DNA of 25,328 nucleotides from Candidatus Velthaea sp. (GCA_050012475.1 JBEKHC010000121.1:1-25328), one strand, 5' to 3'; numbered from the stretch's first letter, positions 7,353 through 17,077 are shown. The notes: generated by a model not told the origin, from the letters alone. Translations and numbers: made by a program.

Positions 7353-8486
7353 TTGATGAGGTTCTGCGTGTCCTTCGCATCACTGCCCCGGCGTCGTGAC
7401 GTGTTGTTCGGCGGTGGCGCCGTTTTCCTCGGTGGTGTCGCGGTGCCATTTGTCGGGCGCGCAGCCCATGCGGCGCTTCTCCGGGTACCCGAAGTCGACC
7501 GCGTCGCCATACGCGTCGTCACCGACAACATTCAGTTCGCCGTCGCACCGAACGCCGCGGCCGAAAACGTTGTAATCGAACGCTACGGCTGGGGCCTCGG
7601 GACGGCGCCGCCGCAGAAAACGCTCATTAGCGAATTCGGTCTGGCGATGCACGTCGAGGCACAACGCGGCAGCGACGTTCGCAACGTGTTGGTCGACTTC
7701 GGCTACACGCCCGAAGCGCTAAACACGAATCTCGCGTTGCTGGGGATCGACCCGGGAACACTCGACGCGCTCGTGCTCAGTCACGGGCACTACGATCACT
7801 TCGGCGGACTCGTCGGCTTTCTGCAGGCTCATACCGACAAGCTCAAAGCGCGCTTACCCTTGTACGTCGGCGGTGAGGAGTGCTTTTGTTCGCGTCAATG
7901 GACCGGACCGCCGGCGCCGGGAAATTTCGGCGTGCTGGATCGCAACGCCATTCGCGCCGCGAACATCATGATCGTTGAAGCCGACCGGCCGACGCGCGTC
8001 GCCGAGTTCGCATTCACCACCGGTCGAGTCGCTCAATCGAGCTTCGAGAAGACGCTCTCGCCCAGCAAAATGACCATCGGTATGACGAACGGCCTCGGGT
8101 GCGACGCTTCTGCCTACTCTCCCGAACAGCGACAAGCCGGTGTCCTGCCCGATACATTCGGCCACGAGATTGCAACGGCGTTCAATCTTAAAGGGCGCGG
8201 TTTAATCGTGCTGACGTCATGTAGTCACCGCGGGGTGCTCAATGCCGTTGCTGCTGCTCGCGCAGCATCGGGCGTCCAGAAAGTCCACGCCGTCATCGGC
8301 GGATTTCACTTGGCTCCGTATCCCGAGGACTACGTCCGGCAAACAGTTTCCGGACTCGCCGCCGACGATATCGATTACGTCATCCCTTTGCACTGTACCG
8401 GTGACGTGTTCCATGATGTCGCAAAGAGCGAACTCGGACCCAAACTGCTGCGTTCGTACGGCGGAACGCGATTCGTTTTTACGTGA
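7353..8486 (+). CDS. MBL-fold metallo-hydrolase (COG1237-like) with probable Tat signal peptide
   Basis: LSHGHYDHFGGL, SEFGLAM, TSCSHRG, IGGFHL, PLHCTG; N-terminal RRRDVLFGG + hydrophobic stretch + AHA. Exact start uncertain. Confidence 0.88.
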   Translation: MMRFCVSFASLPRRRDVLFGGGAVFLGGVAVPFVGRAAHAALLRVPEVDRVAIRVVTDNIQFAVAPNAAAENVVIERYGWGLGTAPPQKTLISEFGLAMHVEAQRGSDVRNVLVDFGYTPEALNTNLALLGIDPGTLDALVLSHGHYDHFGGLVGFLQAHTDKLKARLPLYVGGEECFCSRQWTGPPAPGNFGVLDRNAIRAANIMIVEADRPTRVAEFAFTTGRVAQSSFEKTLSPSKMTIGMTNGLGCDASAYSPEQRQAGVLPDTFGHEIATAFNLKGRGLIVLTSCSHRGVLNAVAAARAASGVQKVHAVIGGFHLAPYPEDYVRQTVSGLAADDIDYVIPLHCTGDVFHDVAKSELGPKLLRSYGGTRFVFT

Positions 8487-8964
8487 TTCCGGCGATCTGT
8501 CGCGCGGCTACTTTACCGGAATCGTCACGTGTTCGTACGCTGTGCCCGCCCCGATCGACTCGACAACGAGTCTCTGCGGTGGTCTTTGGCGGCGACTCGA
8601 TGTGACACTAACTTCTAGATTTCGGAACTGGCGGGACTTCCAACGCCGCGGGACACGTTCTGGCCGCTCATTTGTCTTATTATTTCGGAATAGGAAGCTG
8701 GGAGCGGGTCCGTTTGCACCGTTTAAGTGGGCTGTCGGTCGCGTTCGGAGACCCGGCTCCGCACTGCATGCCCATACCGCATGCCGCGTCGATATTCAGT
8801 TCGATCGACGCGGCAATACGATATATCAAAGGCCCAGTCTTTGTAGTGAAGTGTCGTCCGTCGGGGCTCTCGAAGTTAGGCATTGGTGCGAACTCCTTTG
8901 TAGCTGCACCCGCATCATCGCATTCGCTGCGGCAATGCGTCCATGACCTCACAGGTCATGCGCC

Positions 8965-9751
8965 TCAGGCGTTCGCCTGCTGACCGGTTCGCTCGGCGAA
9001 GAACGCCCGCGTCTGGGCGTCAGCGGGGAAGAACGACTCCAGCGTTAGTTCGGCGACGGTGATGTCGAGCGCGGTTCCGAAGGTCGTCACCGTGCTCAAG
9101 AACACCAGCTCACGGTCGCCGTAACGGTAGCGAAACGGGATGAAGATTTCCGCTTCCGGCTCCGGCTCGGCTTCGCGTTCGTTCGTCGCCGGCGACAGCG
9201 CCTTCAACTCTCGTTCGAGCGCGAACGGAGCTGGGTCTGCGGTAACCGCAACTTGGTGGCGCAAGCGGCGCAGCACGTGGGCGCGCCACTCGCGCAAGTT
9301 GCAGATCCGCGGCGCGAGGCCATCGGGATGAAGGCTCACCCGAAGGCTGTTCATCGGCGGTGCGAGCAGATGCGATGGCAGGCCTTCGGTGAGCAGTCCG
9401 ACGCCAGCATTCGCCTGGACGACGTTCCAGTGGCGGTCGACGACAACCGCCGGATAGGGATCATGACCCTCGAGCAAACGTGCAATCGCGGCGTGCACTG
9501 CCCCGAGGTCGGGTGCATCGATGCAACAAGACGTTGCGCTCGCGGAGCGGGATCTCGAGTTCGTCGGCGAGATTCAGAAGCATCTCGCGGCTCGGTTGTG
9601 CGCGACCGTTCTCGAGGTAACTGAGGTGACGCGTCGAGACGTCGGCCGCGAGCGCAAGGTCGAGCTGGCTGCGTCGGCGGCGTTCGCGCCACTCGTGCAG
9701 TAAACGGCCCGCTCCGGCGCGGTTGTGGGAGGATGGCGCTGCGCTCGTCAT
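8965..9751 (-). pseudogene. XRE-family HTH regulator with MmyB-like ligand-binding domain, split by deletion/frameshift near 9523
   Basis: HTH (RRSQLDLALAADVSTRHLSYLENGRAQPSREM...LRERNVLL) joins out of frame to IDAPDLGAVHAAIARLLEGHDPYPAVVVDRHWN...ELTLESFFPAD; the usual linker is missing. Confidence 0.85.
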
Positions 9752-9754
9752 AGC

Positions 9755-10699
9755 TTAGGGATCGCGCAGATAGCGTACCGGCGCCTCGATCCCGAAGGTC
9801 GCCCTGATCGGAGAAAGCGAGAGCAGATTGAGGTTCTGGAACGCGATGCTAATTTGCGGTGAAGTGTGACCGATCGCGAGGGGTTCGACCGAATGCGCTT
9901 CGCTCACGAACGTCGCGCCCGCCTGACGATCGAACGTCACGTGCCAGCGCGCCCGATCGAAGGGTGCCCGGTCGCCGACTCCCTGCACGATCGCGTCGCG
10001 CACATACGCCGTTTGAGTATCCATCCACAGTTCGCGAAGTCGATTGCGATAGGGGTCGCGGAGCGGCGTTAGTCCCAGATGGGCGACCCCGCCGCCGGTA
10101 TCGAGCATCGCGACGCGATAGCGAGGGGCCGCCGTGCCGGTTCGGCCGATGATTTGAAGCTCGTCTGCACTCGCGACGATCGTCCGCTCATCGTTTGCCA
10201 CGCGGTACGCACGCGGGCGCGTAAGCCCGAAGTTCTGATCGACCGCCAACGCAACCGGACCAACTTCGTCGCCCGTGCGTTCAGCGTTGACCGGATGGGA
10301 ATTCAGGGTCAGGCTGGTTGACGGATCGAGGCTGGGATTGAGGTTGCGCGGCGCGGATAGCCAAAGACGGCGATGAGCGACGATGTTGGCACCATGCGGC
10401 GTGGTGGGATTGGCGCGTTCCTCTTCGGAGAACGAACTTGCGAGAACGACCTCGTGGCGGATATCCTCGGTCGTTTGCCAGGAGCTGACGGCGCGACGGC
10501 CTTCGTTTGCGACGGTAACGACGACGGTGTAGGTCGCGTACGGACTTCTCGCGTCGTTTTCGACGACCGCGACGGCTCGCGCAAAGAGTGCATCGGCAGC
10601 TGACGGCGGCGCCGGCGTTTGTTGGACGAACGTCAACGCTCCGAGGGCGATGAGGCAGCGGGTAGCCCGCAACACGCGCGCAACGCCTTGGGAGTTCAC
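9755..10699 (-). CDS. Secreted hypothetical protein
   Basis: 314-aa ORF with N-terminal hydrophobic segment and protein-like composition; stop 3 nt before the XRE start. Confidence 0.75.
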   Translation of the reverse strand: MNSQGVARVLRATRCLIALGALTFVQQTPAPPSAADALFARAVAVVENDARSPYATYTVVVTVANEGRRAVSSWQTTEDIRHEVVLASSFSEEERANPTTPHGANIVAHRRLWLSAPRNLNPSLDPSTSLTLNSHPVNAERTGDEVGPVALAVDQNFGLTRPRAYRVANDERTIVASADELQIIGRTGTAAPRYRVAMLDTGGGVAHLGLTPLRDPYRNRLRELWMDTQTAYVRDAIVQGVGDRAPFDRARWHVTFDRQAGATFVSEAHSVEPLAIGHTSPQISIAFQNLNLLSLSPIRATFGIEAPVRYLRDP

Positions 10700-10908
10700 G
10701 TCACCTCACCATCGAGCAGCATTGATTTGTGGCATGTTTCCCGGCGACTGCGTCGCGCCCCCTACCTCCCGCATGCTCGCTTCCCACGTTCTGAGGGGTG
10801 GACAGGGCGAGCTAGTACATGCTGCCTTTGCATCGGCCGCAGCATCGCAGGGCCGGCCGGCTCCGAGTTGACGCCGAGTTCGAGGTGGGTTCTCGCGCCC
10901 TGCCGGGA

Positions 10909-10935
10909 TGTCGAAAAGGGCCTGACGGCTCCGAC
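10909..10935 (+). promoter_or_regulatory. ECF42-type promoter (-35 TGTCGA, 17-nt spacer, -10 CGAC)
   Basis: gaTGTCGAaaagggcctgacggctcCGAC upstream of the VOC-YciI-ECF sigma operon; fits the ECF42 motif as recalled. Confidence 0.65.
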
Positions 10936-10992
10936 GTTAATTCGGAAGCGCGCTCCTTGTGCGCAAGGTCAGTTTCGGAGTGTCCACAACGC

Positions 10993-11439
10993 ATGATTCA
11001 TCGCATTACACCCTTCTTATGGTTTGATGGGAACGCAGAAGCCGCCGCGCGTTTCTACACGTCGGTCTTCCCGGACGCGTCGCTGGATAGCGTGAGCCCG
11101 ATGTCGGTTACCTTCACGCTGCACGGTCAACAATTTTACGGGCTCAACGGCGGACCCGAATACAAGCATTCGCCCGCGGTCTCGTTCTTCGTCAGCGTCG
11201 ATACGCAGGAGGAGGTCGACGCGCTCTGGTCGGCCCTGATCGCGGATGGCGGCGAACCCGGACGCTGCGGCTGGCTCGTCGATAAATTCGGCCTGTCCTG
11301 GCAGATTATTCCGGTCGCGCTCGGCGAGCTGATGAACGACGACGACGACGAGAAGGCCGATCGCGTGATCGAAGCAATGCAGCAGATGAACAAGATCGAA
11401 ATCGCGGGCTTGCGCCGCGCGTACGACGGTGTGTCATGA
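10993..11439 (+). CDS. PhnB-like / 3-demethylubiquinone-9 3-methyltransferase-like VOC protein
   Basis: ITPFLWFDGNAEAAARFY, LNGGP, CGWLVDKFGLSWQIIP, MQQMNKIEI; GGAG at 10977-10980. Confidence 0.92.
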   Translation: MIHRITPFLWFDGNAEAAARFYTSVFPDASLDSVSPMSVTFTLHGQQFYGLNGGPEYKHSPAVSFFVSVDTQEEVDALWSALIADGGEPGRCGWLVDKFGLSWQIIPVALGELMNDDDDEKADRVIEAMQQMNKIEIAGLRRAYDGVS

Positions 11440-11831
11440 AATATATTCTGATGATGAACACGATGACGGCGGATTCCAAGCCCTTCGGGGATTGGGCTCA
11501 GGACGACATCAAGACCCACATTGCCTACATGATCGGTCTCAACAAAGAGCTGAGCGCACGCGGAGAGTTGGTGGGGGCGGAGGGGCTGGCCTTTCCCGAA
11601 CAAGCAAGGCTCGTTCGGGCAGGGAAAAACGGCGAGCCGATCACCGACGGCATCTTCCCCGAGTCCAAGGAGTTTCTCGCGGGATTTTGGATCGTCGACG
11701 TCGAGACGCCCGAGCGTGCTTACGCGATCGCTGCGCGCGCGTCGGCAGCGCCCGGATCCGGCGGTGCACCGCTCAACATGGGCATCGAAGTGCGACCCGT
11801 AATGAGCGGGCCGCCGGCCGACCTCGTCTGA
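11436..11831 (+). CDS. YciI/DGPF-domain protein
   Basis: MKYILMM...GELVGAEGL...ITDGIFPESKEFLAGFWIVDV...IEVRPVM; ATGA overlap with upstream stop. Confidence 0.92.
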   Translation: MKYILMMNTMTADSKPFGDWAQDDIKTHIAYMIGLNKELSARGELVGAEGLAFPEQARLVRAGKNGEPITDGIFPESKEFLAGFWIVDVETPERAYAIAARASAAPGSGGAPLNMGIEVRPVMSGPPADLV

Positions 11832-11842
11832 GCGCCTCACGT

Positions 11843-13145
11843 TTGGACGCCGAAGTCGAGTCGATTCTGCGCGAGCTCGCGCCGCGCGTGCTGGGCTCCG
11901 TCGCGCGGCACTGCCACGACTTCGGCGCTGCCGAAGACGCCGTCCAGGAGGCGCTGCTCGCCGCTGCCGGCCAATGGCCGCGCGACGGCGTGCCGTCCAG
12001 TCCGCGCGCGTGGTTGATCCACGTCGCGTCGCGCCGGCTCACCGACCATCAGCGCAGCGAGGCCGCTCGACGCCGGCGAGAGTTTGCGGAGGTTGCGCAC
12101 TTCGGCTATCTCGCGCCGGCTCCCGAGCGCGATGAGCCGACCGAGGAGGACGACACGCTCGTCCTGCTCTTCATGTGCGCGCATCCTGCACTCACGCCGT
12201 CGTCGGCGATCGCCCTGACGCTGCGAGCCGTTGGGGGCTTGACGACGGCCGAGATTGCCGGCGCCTTTCTCGTTCCCGAAGCAACGATGGCGCAACGGAT
12301 CAGCCGAGCGAAGCGGAACATCAAATCCTCGGGGTTGGGATTTCGTCTGCCGACGATCGACGAGCGGGCGCAACGCTTGCGTGCCGTCTTGCACGTCCTC
12401 TATCTCATCTTCAACGAAGGGTATGCCAGCAGCGCCGGTCCGCAACTGCAGCGTATCGAGCTTTCGCGCGAGGCCATCCGTTTGACGCGTGTTGCACATG
12501 CATCGCTGCCCGAGAATCCGGAAGTCGCGGGACTCTTGGCGCTCATGCTCCTTACCGATGCCCGGCGGCTTGCACGCACGGGTCCTGCCGGGGAGCTGAT
12601 CCCGTTGACCGAACAGAATCGTGCTGTATGGGATGCAGCCCAGATCGCGGAAGGCGTCGCGCTCATTGCCGCCGCGCTCGCAAAAGGTTCGGCCGGTCCC
12701 TACCAGGTGCAGGCCGCCATCGCCGCAGTCCACGATGAAGCGTTGCGGGTGGAGGATACGGACTGGCCGCAGATCCTTGCGCTCTACGAAGTGCTCGAGG
12801 GCATGTCGCAAAATCCGATCGTTGCCCTCAATCGCGCCGTTGCCGCGGCCATGGTCCATGGTCCGGAACATGGTCTCACGCTCTTGCAAGCGCTTGACGC
12901 CGATCCGCGCGTCGCCGGCCACTATCGAGTCGAATCACCTTGCCGCCACGCGCACGGCGAGTATGCCGGAACGAATGTACCTTGCGACTCGGGCCGCGCG
13001 GTTAAACGCAAACGCGCCTTGTCCCGTATCCGATATTTCGCTCGTGCATCCGCCTTCCGGGTCGATCGCAAAGGAAGTCCGCGCTGGATGGACAGTGTTT
13101 TCGTCGAGCCGGGGGCAAGAGGACATCCGGGAGTTACCTCGCTGA
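11843..13145 (+). pseudogene. ECF42-type sigma factor (sigma2/sigma4 + DUF6596/TPR extension) with deletion/frameshift near 12935
   Basis: AEDAVQEALL, LLFMCAHPAL, GGLTTAEIA..FLVPEATMAQRISRAK, LYLIFNEGY, PYQVQAAIAAVH, TDWPQILALY; after GHYRVE the family-like tail AATRTASMPERMYLATRAARL (to ~13004) is in another frame. Start TTG 11843 or CTG 11828. Confidence 0.85.
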
Positions 13146-13242
13146 ACGACGTTGCCGGTCGTTCAAAGGCTCGCCAACACGTGATCGAGCTCCCTTGCTT
13201 CGCAAGGTGCTCGATGAATTTGCCGCCGAAGCAACGCCCCGA

Positions 13243-13479
13243 ATGAGAGATCGTCGTCGGTCCGACGCAACGAACGTTGGCGTCAGCGTCCTTTTCGAGA
13301 CGCTGTGGAAAGATTACCATTGCGGCCCGATAACGGTTTCTACCGATGGCAGTGGCGTGACCCTGCGGTTCGATACTCACACGTTCGAGGACTATTCTCT
13401 CGAAGCTGCCCTCGTCAAAACGGTGGATCATCTCGCCCGGCTCGAGCGATCCGACGAGGAGCCCAGCGGCGCGGACTAG
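13243..13479 (+). CDS. Small hypothetical protein
   Basis: 78-aa ORF with protein-like composition (VSVLFETLWKDYHCGPITV...LEAALVKTVDHLARL); no family recognised. Confidence 0.5.
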   Translation: MRDRRRSDATNVGVSVLFETLWKDYHCGPITVSTDGSGVTLRFDTHTFEDYSLEAALVKTVDHLARLERSDEEPSGAD

Positions 13480-13689
13480 CGCGCACCACTTCGAGCGCAA
13501 TCCCGCGCTGCCCGGGCTTCGGCGAACAAAGCGAGCTGCGTTCGCTGACGTTGGCGCGCTTACCGCGCGGATTTCCGCGCCGCGTCCAGGTTATCGCTTC
13601 GCCCGGTCGATAATGCTCGGATGGCGCGAAGTCGCGACGCATGTTGACGTCGACCGCGCACGCACTTGGTCGCCGAGAGGGACGTTGTC

Positions 13690-14847
13690 ATGCGCTGGCG
13701 CTCGAAGCTCATCCACACCCAAACGGCCGTTCCGCAAGGCTTTCACTCTCTTGCCGCTCCAACGCATCGCGGCTCGACCGTTGTCTTCGGTTCACGCGCG
13801 GAAGCGTCCGATGATTGGCGTCAGGGCGAAAGCGGTTACACCTATGGGCTCTACGGAACGCCGACGACGCTCGAGCTCGGGGCGCGCGTCGCGGAGTTGG
13901 AAGGCGCCTATCACACCTTCGTCACGCCGGGCGGCCAGGCCGCTATCACGCTCATCTACTTCGCGTTTTGCAGCGCGGGCAGTCATGTGCTCCTTCCGAG
14001 TACGGCGTACGGACCCAACGCGGAACTTGCGGATGGAATCCTGCAGCGCTGCGGCATCCGGACTGAACTCTACGACCCCTTGATCGGCAGCGGCATCGCC
14101 GATCTGATCCGCCCCGAGACGTCGCTGATTTGGTGTGAAAGCCCGGGCTCGATCACCATGGAAGTACAGGATGTTCCGGCAATCGTTGCGTCGGCACATG
14201 CCCGGAGCATCCCCGTTGCGTTGGATAACACGTACAGTGCGGGCGTGCTCTTTGACGCTTTTTCCGCCGGAGTAGACGTCAGCATGCAAGCGTTGACGAA
14301 GTACGTCGGCGGTCATAGCGATCTGCTGCTTGGCTCCGTGTCTGCCCGGACGCAAGCCGTGTATCTCAAACTCGGCGATGCGCAGCGTCAACTCGGCATG
14401 GGCGCTTCGCCCGATGATTGCAGTCTCGCACTGCGCGGTTTGAAGACGTTGGGGGTGCGGATGGACGCGCTTGAACGCTCGACGTTGGAGGTTGCACGAT
14501 GGCTCGCCGCTCGACCGGAAATCGAAGCCGTGCTGCACCCGGCATTGCCATCGTGTCCCGGGAATGCGTTCTGGCAGCGCGACTTTACCGGCTCGGCCAG
14601 CATTTTTTCCGTGATATTCAGCGCCCGGGTTTCGCCCTCGAACGTGAACGCATTCGTCGACGCGCTCAAGCTCTTCAAGATCGGATGGAGTTGGGGCGGA
14701 GTAACGAGTTTGGCAATGAGTTATCCGAACCTCAAGCGTCTTCAAGGAGATGCTGCGGGCCGTCTCGTCCGCTTCAACATCGGTCTCGAAGATACGCGCG
14801 ATCTGCTTGACGACCTGGAGAGTGCACTCTCGGTGTGCCCCCTCTGA
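13690..14847 (+). CDS. metC: Cystathionine beta-lyase (Cys/Met metabolism PLP enzyme)
   Basis: YTYGLYGTPTT, ESPGSITMEVQD, DNTY, QALTKYVGGHSD (PLP Lys), LFKIGWSWGG, RFNIGLED; GAGAGG RBS. Confidence 0.9.
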   Translation: MRWRSKLIHTQTAVPQGFHSLAAPTHRGSTVVFGSRAEASDDWRQGESGYTYGLYGTPTTLELGARVAELEGAYHTFVTPGGQAAITLIYFAFCSAGSHVLLPSTAYGPNAELADGILQRCGIRTELYDPLIGSGIADLIRPETSLIWCESPGSITMEVQDVPAIVASAHARSIPVALDNTYSAGVLFDAFSAGVDVSMQALTKYVGGHSDLLLGSVSARTQAVYLKLGDAQRQLGMGASPDDCSLALRGLKTLGVRMDALERSTLEVARWLAARPEIEAVLHPALPSCPGNAFWQRDFTGSASIFSVIFSARVSPSNVNAFVDALKLFKIGWSWGGVTSLAMSYPNLKRLQGDAAGRLVRFNIGLEDTRDLLDDLESALSVCPL

Positions 14848-14928
14848 TTGGCGCTGTTGCGGGCAGCTGCGGCCCAAGTCTGGTAACGAGCATAGATAAG
14901 GACCGCAGTAAGTGGGAAAAGACATACG

Positions 14929-15186
14929 ATGAAACGAGTAATCGCAGCCGCCGCTGCTGTGGCAACGCTATTGGTAACGAGTGCTCCGGCGTTCGCTGAT
15001 GACCGGCACGATCGCGACCACGGAAACGCCCATGGTCGGCACGTCCAGCCGCAGCGCCGCGCACCGGTGCGCCGTTTCCGCGAAGGACAGGTTTGGCACG
15101 GCCATCCCATGCACTACCGCAACGGACACTGGGGCTACTATCAGCCACGAAATGGCGTGCAAGTCTTCATCAACATTCCGCTTTAG
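14929..15186 (+). CDS. Small secreted His/Arg-rich protein
   Basis: Signal peptide MKRVIAAAAAVATLLVTSAPAFA, then DDRHDRDHGNAHGRH...WHGHPMHYRNGHWGYY. Confidence 0.75.
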   Translation: MKRVIAAAAAVATLLVTSAPAFADDRHDRDHGNAHGRHVQPQRRAPVRRFREGQVWHGHPMHYRNGHWGYYQPRNGVQVFINIPL

Positions 15187-15288
15187 AAAAGAAGCGAGAC
15201 CGACTGAGCGGAACCGCGTTCGGGCAAAGGCTATCGGAGACGTGCACGCAGCGCATACGCGTCCGTACGTTCGCGCAGCGCGCTAGGG

Positions 15289-15894
15289 TCAGTGTGATGC
15301 CTGCCCGCGAACCGCCGAATCTATTTTTTCGAGGAAATTGATCACGCGCCGGGTCAAGAGTGCGGCGGCCTCTTGGTCGTATGAAGCGAGGCTGCTGTCG
15401 GCGAAGTAATGTTGATTGCCCGGGTAAAGCAGCAGTTCTGCTTGGGGGGCCGATTCGACCAGCGCGCGCGCAGCATCGAGGTCGCCTTCTTTGACGAAGA
15501 TCGGATCCGCGTCCATCGCGTGAATTTGCACGGGTACGGCGGCCGGCCATGATGAGCCGAACGCCGCCGTGGGCACGCACGAATAAAACAGCAGCGCGCC
15601 GCGCGCGTCCGAGCGCGTCTGCGCCAACTTCTGTGCCGGCAACACTCCTAACGAAAACCCCGCGTAGACCAAGCCGCGCGGGAATTTGCGGGCTGCCCGA
15701 ACGCCGCGCTCGATGATCTCGCCGAACCCGATGCTTTCGGCGAAGCCCAATCCGTCCTGGAGCGTGTTGAACCTGTGACCGTCGAAGAGGTCCGGCGTAT
15801 GGACGGTGTGTCCCGCTTCGCGCAACGTGTCGGCGAAGGCGAAGAACCCCGCGGTTTGTCCCAATGCGTGATGAAACAGCACGACCTCAGCCAT
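15289..15894 (-). CDS. Dienelactone hydrolase family protein
   Basis: MAEVVLFHHALGQT, HTVHTPDLFDG, AGFSLG, VQIHAMDADP, YPGNQHYFAD. Confidence 0.92.
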   Translation of the reverse strand: MAEVVLFHHALGQTAGFFAFADTLREAGHTVHTPDLFDGHRFNTLQDGLGFAESIGFGEIIERGVRAARKFPRGLVYAGFSLGVLPAQKLAQTRSDARGALLFYSCVPTAAFGSSWPAAVPVQIHAMDADPIFVKEGDLDAARALVESAPQAELLLYPGNQHYFADSSLASYDQEAAALLTRRVINFLEKIDSAVRGQASH

Positions 15895-16024
15895 GACCAA
15901 CCCCTATCGGTTACGCCGACGCCAGTCCTACTGCATCGTCCGACGCCGCCAATGAGCGGAGTCACAGCGACCGCGACGCTTGCCGGCGCGGGCCGAGGCC
16001 GGCGTCGCCGTCCACCCGTGACGG

Positions 16025-16444
16025 TTAATTGAATTTTTTGAGGTCGTACCGCATGATCTGCCAACCCATGGTCATCATGCCAAGTGCAAGCCGTATGCCG
16101 AAGGCGATCGAAGCGACACCAGCCAGATAACTCTGGACACTTTCGCGCATGGCATCGTCGAGCCACGTAAGCGGGTCGGCTCCCGGCTCTGCGACGGCTT
16201 GTGGCTCGTACCGGAGGCCGCCGGTGTCCGCACGTCCCAAGACGCGAGGAAAGCCTTGTACGCGCAGCAGGGCGCAGGCCTCGACGAGGCGGCGAGTCGT
16301 TTCGTTGGCTCGCTGTTGTTCGTGCGGCGGCTTTGCGTCGGGATGGTTCAAGCGGATGAGTTCGCGGAAACGCAAACGCACCTCATCGGGTGTCGTTGAC
16401 GATGGATCGAGGCCGAGCGCCCCATACGCCTCTTTGACGGTCAC
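16025..16444 (-). CDS. Small J-domain (DnaJ-domain) protein
   Basis: EAYGALGL...EVRLRFRELIRLNHPD (HPD motif)...TRRLVEACALL; start GTG 16444 or TTG 16462. Confidence 0.75.
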   Translation of the reverse strand: MTVKEAYGALGLDPSSTTPDEVRLRFRELIRLNHPDAKPPHEQQRANETTRRLVEACALLRVQGFPRVLGRADTGGLRYEPQAVAEPGADPLTWLDDAMRESVQSYLAGVASIAFGIRLALGMMTMGWQIMRYDLKKFN

Positions 16445-16707
16445 GAAGGCGAACCGGCGCAAAAAGATGTGCTGATCGAGTCGAACTCCTCACGAGCCGT
16501 CAGCGCCCAGGCGCGATGCCAAGTAGCCTTCAGCCGGGTGAACTTTTAGACGGGATGCGCAAAACACGCCCGCTTTGAACGCCGGGAATCCCTTTCCAGT
16601 AAACTTCACTGGGAAAAAGGCCGCCGCGGAAGCTTGTAATTTCCTTCCAGCAAGCGTCTTCCCTTGTGAAGCCGGACACCAGCAGGGAAGAGCCAGGTGA
16701 CACGGGC

Positions 16708-16736
16708 TTGACGAATGCTCTCGCGCTTGGTATACT
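16708..16736 (+). promoter_or_regulatory. Sigma70-type promoter
   Basis: TTGACG (16708-16713), 17-nt spacer ending TGG (extended -10), TATACT (16731-16736). Confidence 0.75.
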
Positions 16737-16783
16737 TAGCACGAAGCCGCTCACCTGAAGGGCGGCAGGAAGAGCGAAATATC

Positions 16784-17053
16784 GTGACCAGCTATCTCGA
16801 AGTCCTGCAGAAAATCCAGACCCAGACGCTTGAAAACGTCAAGCAAATTCAAGCCGTCCAAATCGCCACGCTCAAGACTGCTCGTGAACTCATCGCCGCA
16901 CTGCCGAGCGCCAAGGGCATGCCAACGTTCGCACAGATCACCGAGTTGAGCTCCTCGTTCGCAAACCAAGTGTTGGATCAACAAAAAGTTTTCGTCGAAG
17001 AACTTGCCGATGTGGTCAAGCCCACGACCGAAGCCAAACCGCTGGCGAAATAA
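16784..17053 (+). CDS. Small amphipathic helical protein, phasin-like
   Basis: MTSYLEVLQKIQTQTLENVKQIQAVQIATL...FANQVLDQQKVFVEELADVV; own promoter and downstream hairpin. Phasin call is inference. Confidence 0.7.
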   Translation: MTSYLEVLQKIQTQTLENVKQIQAVQIATLKTARELIAALPSAKGMPTFAQITELSSSFANQVLDQQKVFVEELADVVKPTTEAKPLAK

Positions 17054-17077
17054 GGCCGTTCTCACGAACGTGCAGTC

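Noticed and set aside
11429..13246. 605-aa ORF as one intact protein
   Set aside because: First ~135 aa overlap YciI out of frame and the last ~100 aa follow the frameshift; only the middle is sigma factor.
14881..14981. TGGTAACGAG repeated at 14881 and 14972
   Set aside because: Only 10 bp, with one copy inside a CDS; compatible with chance.
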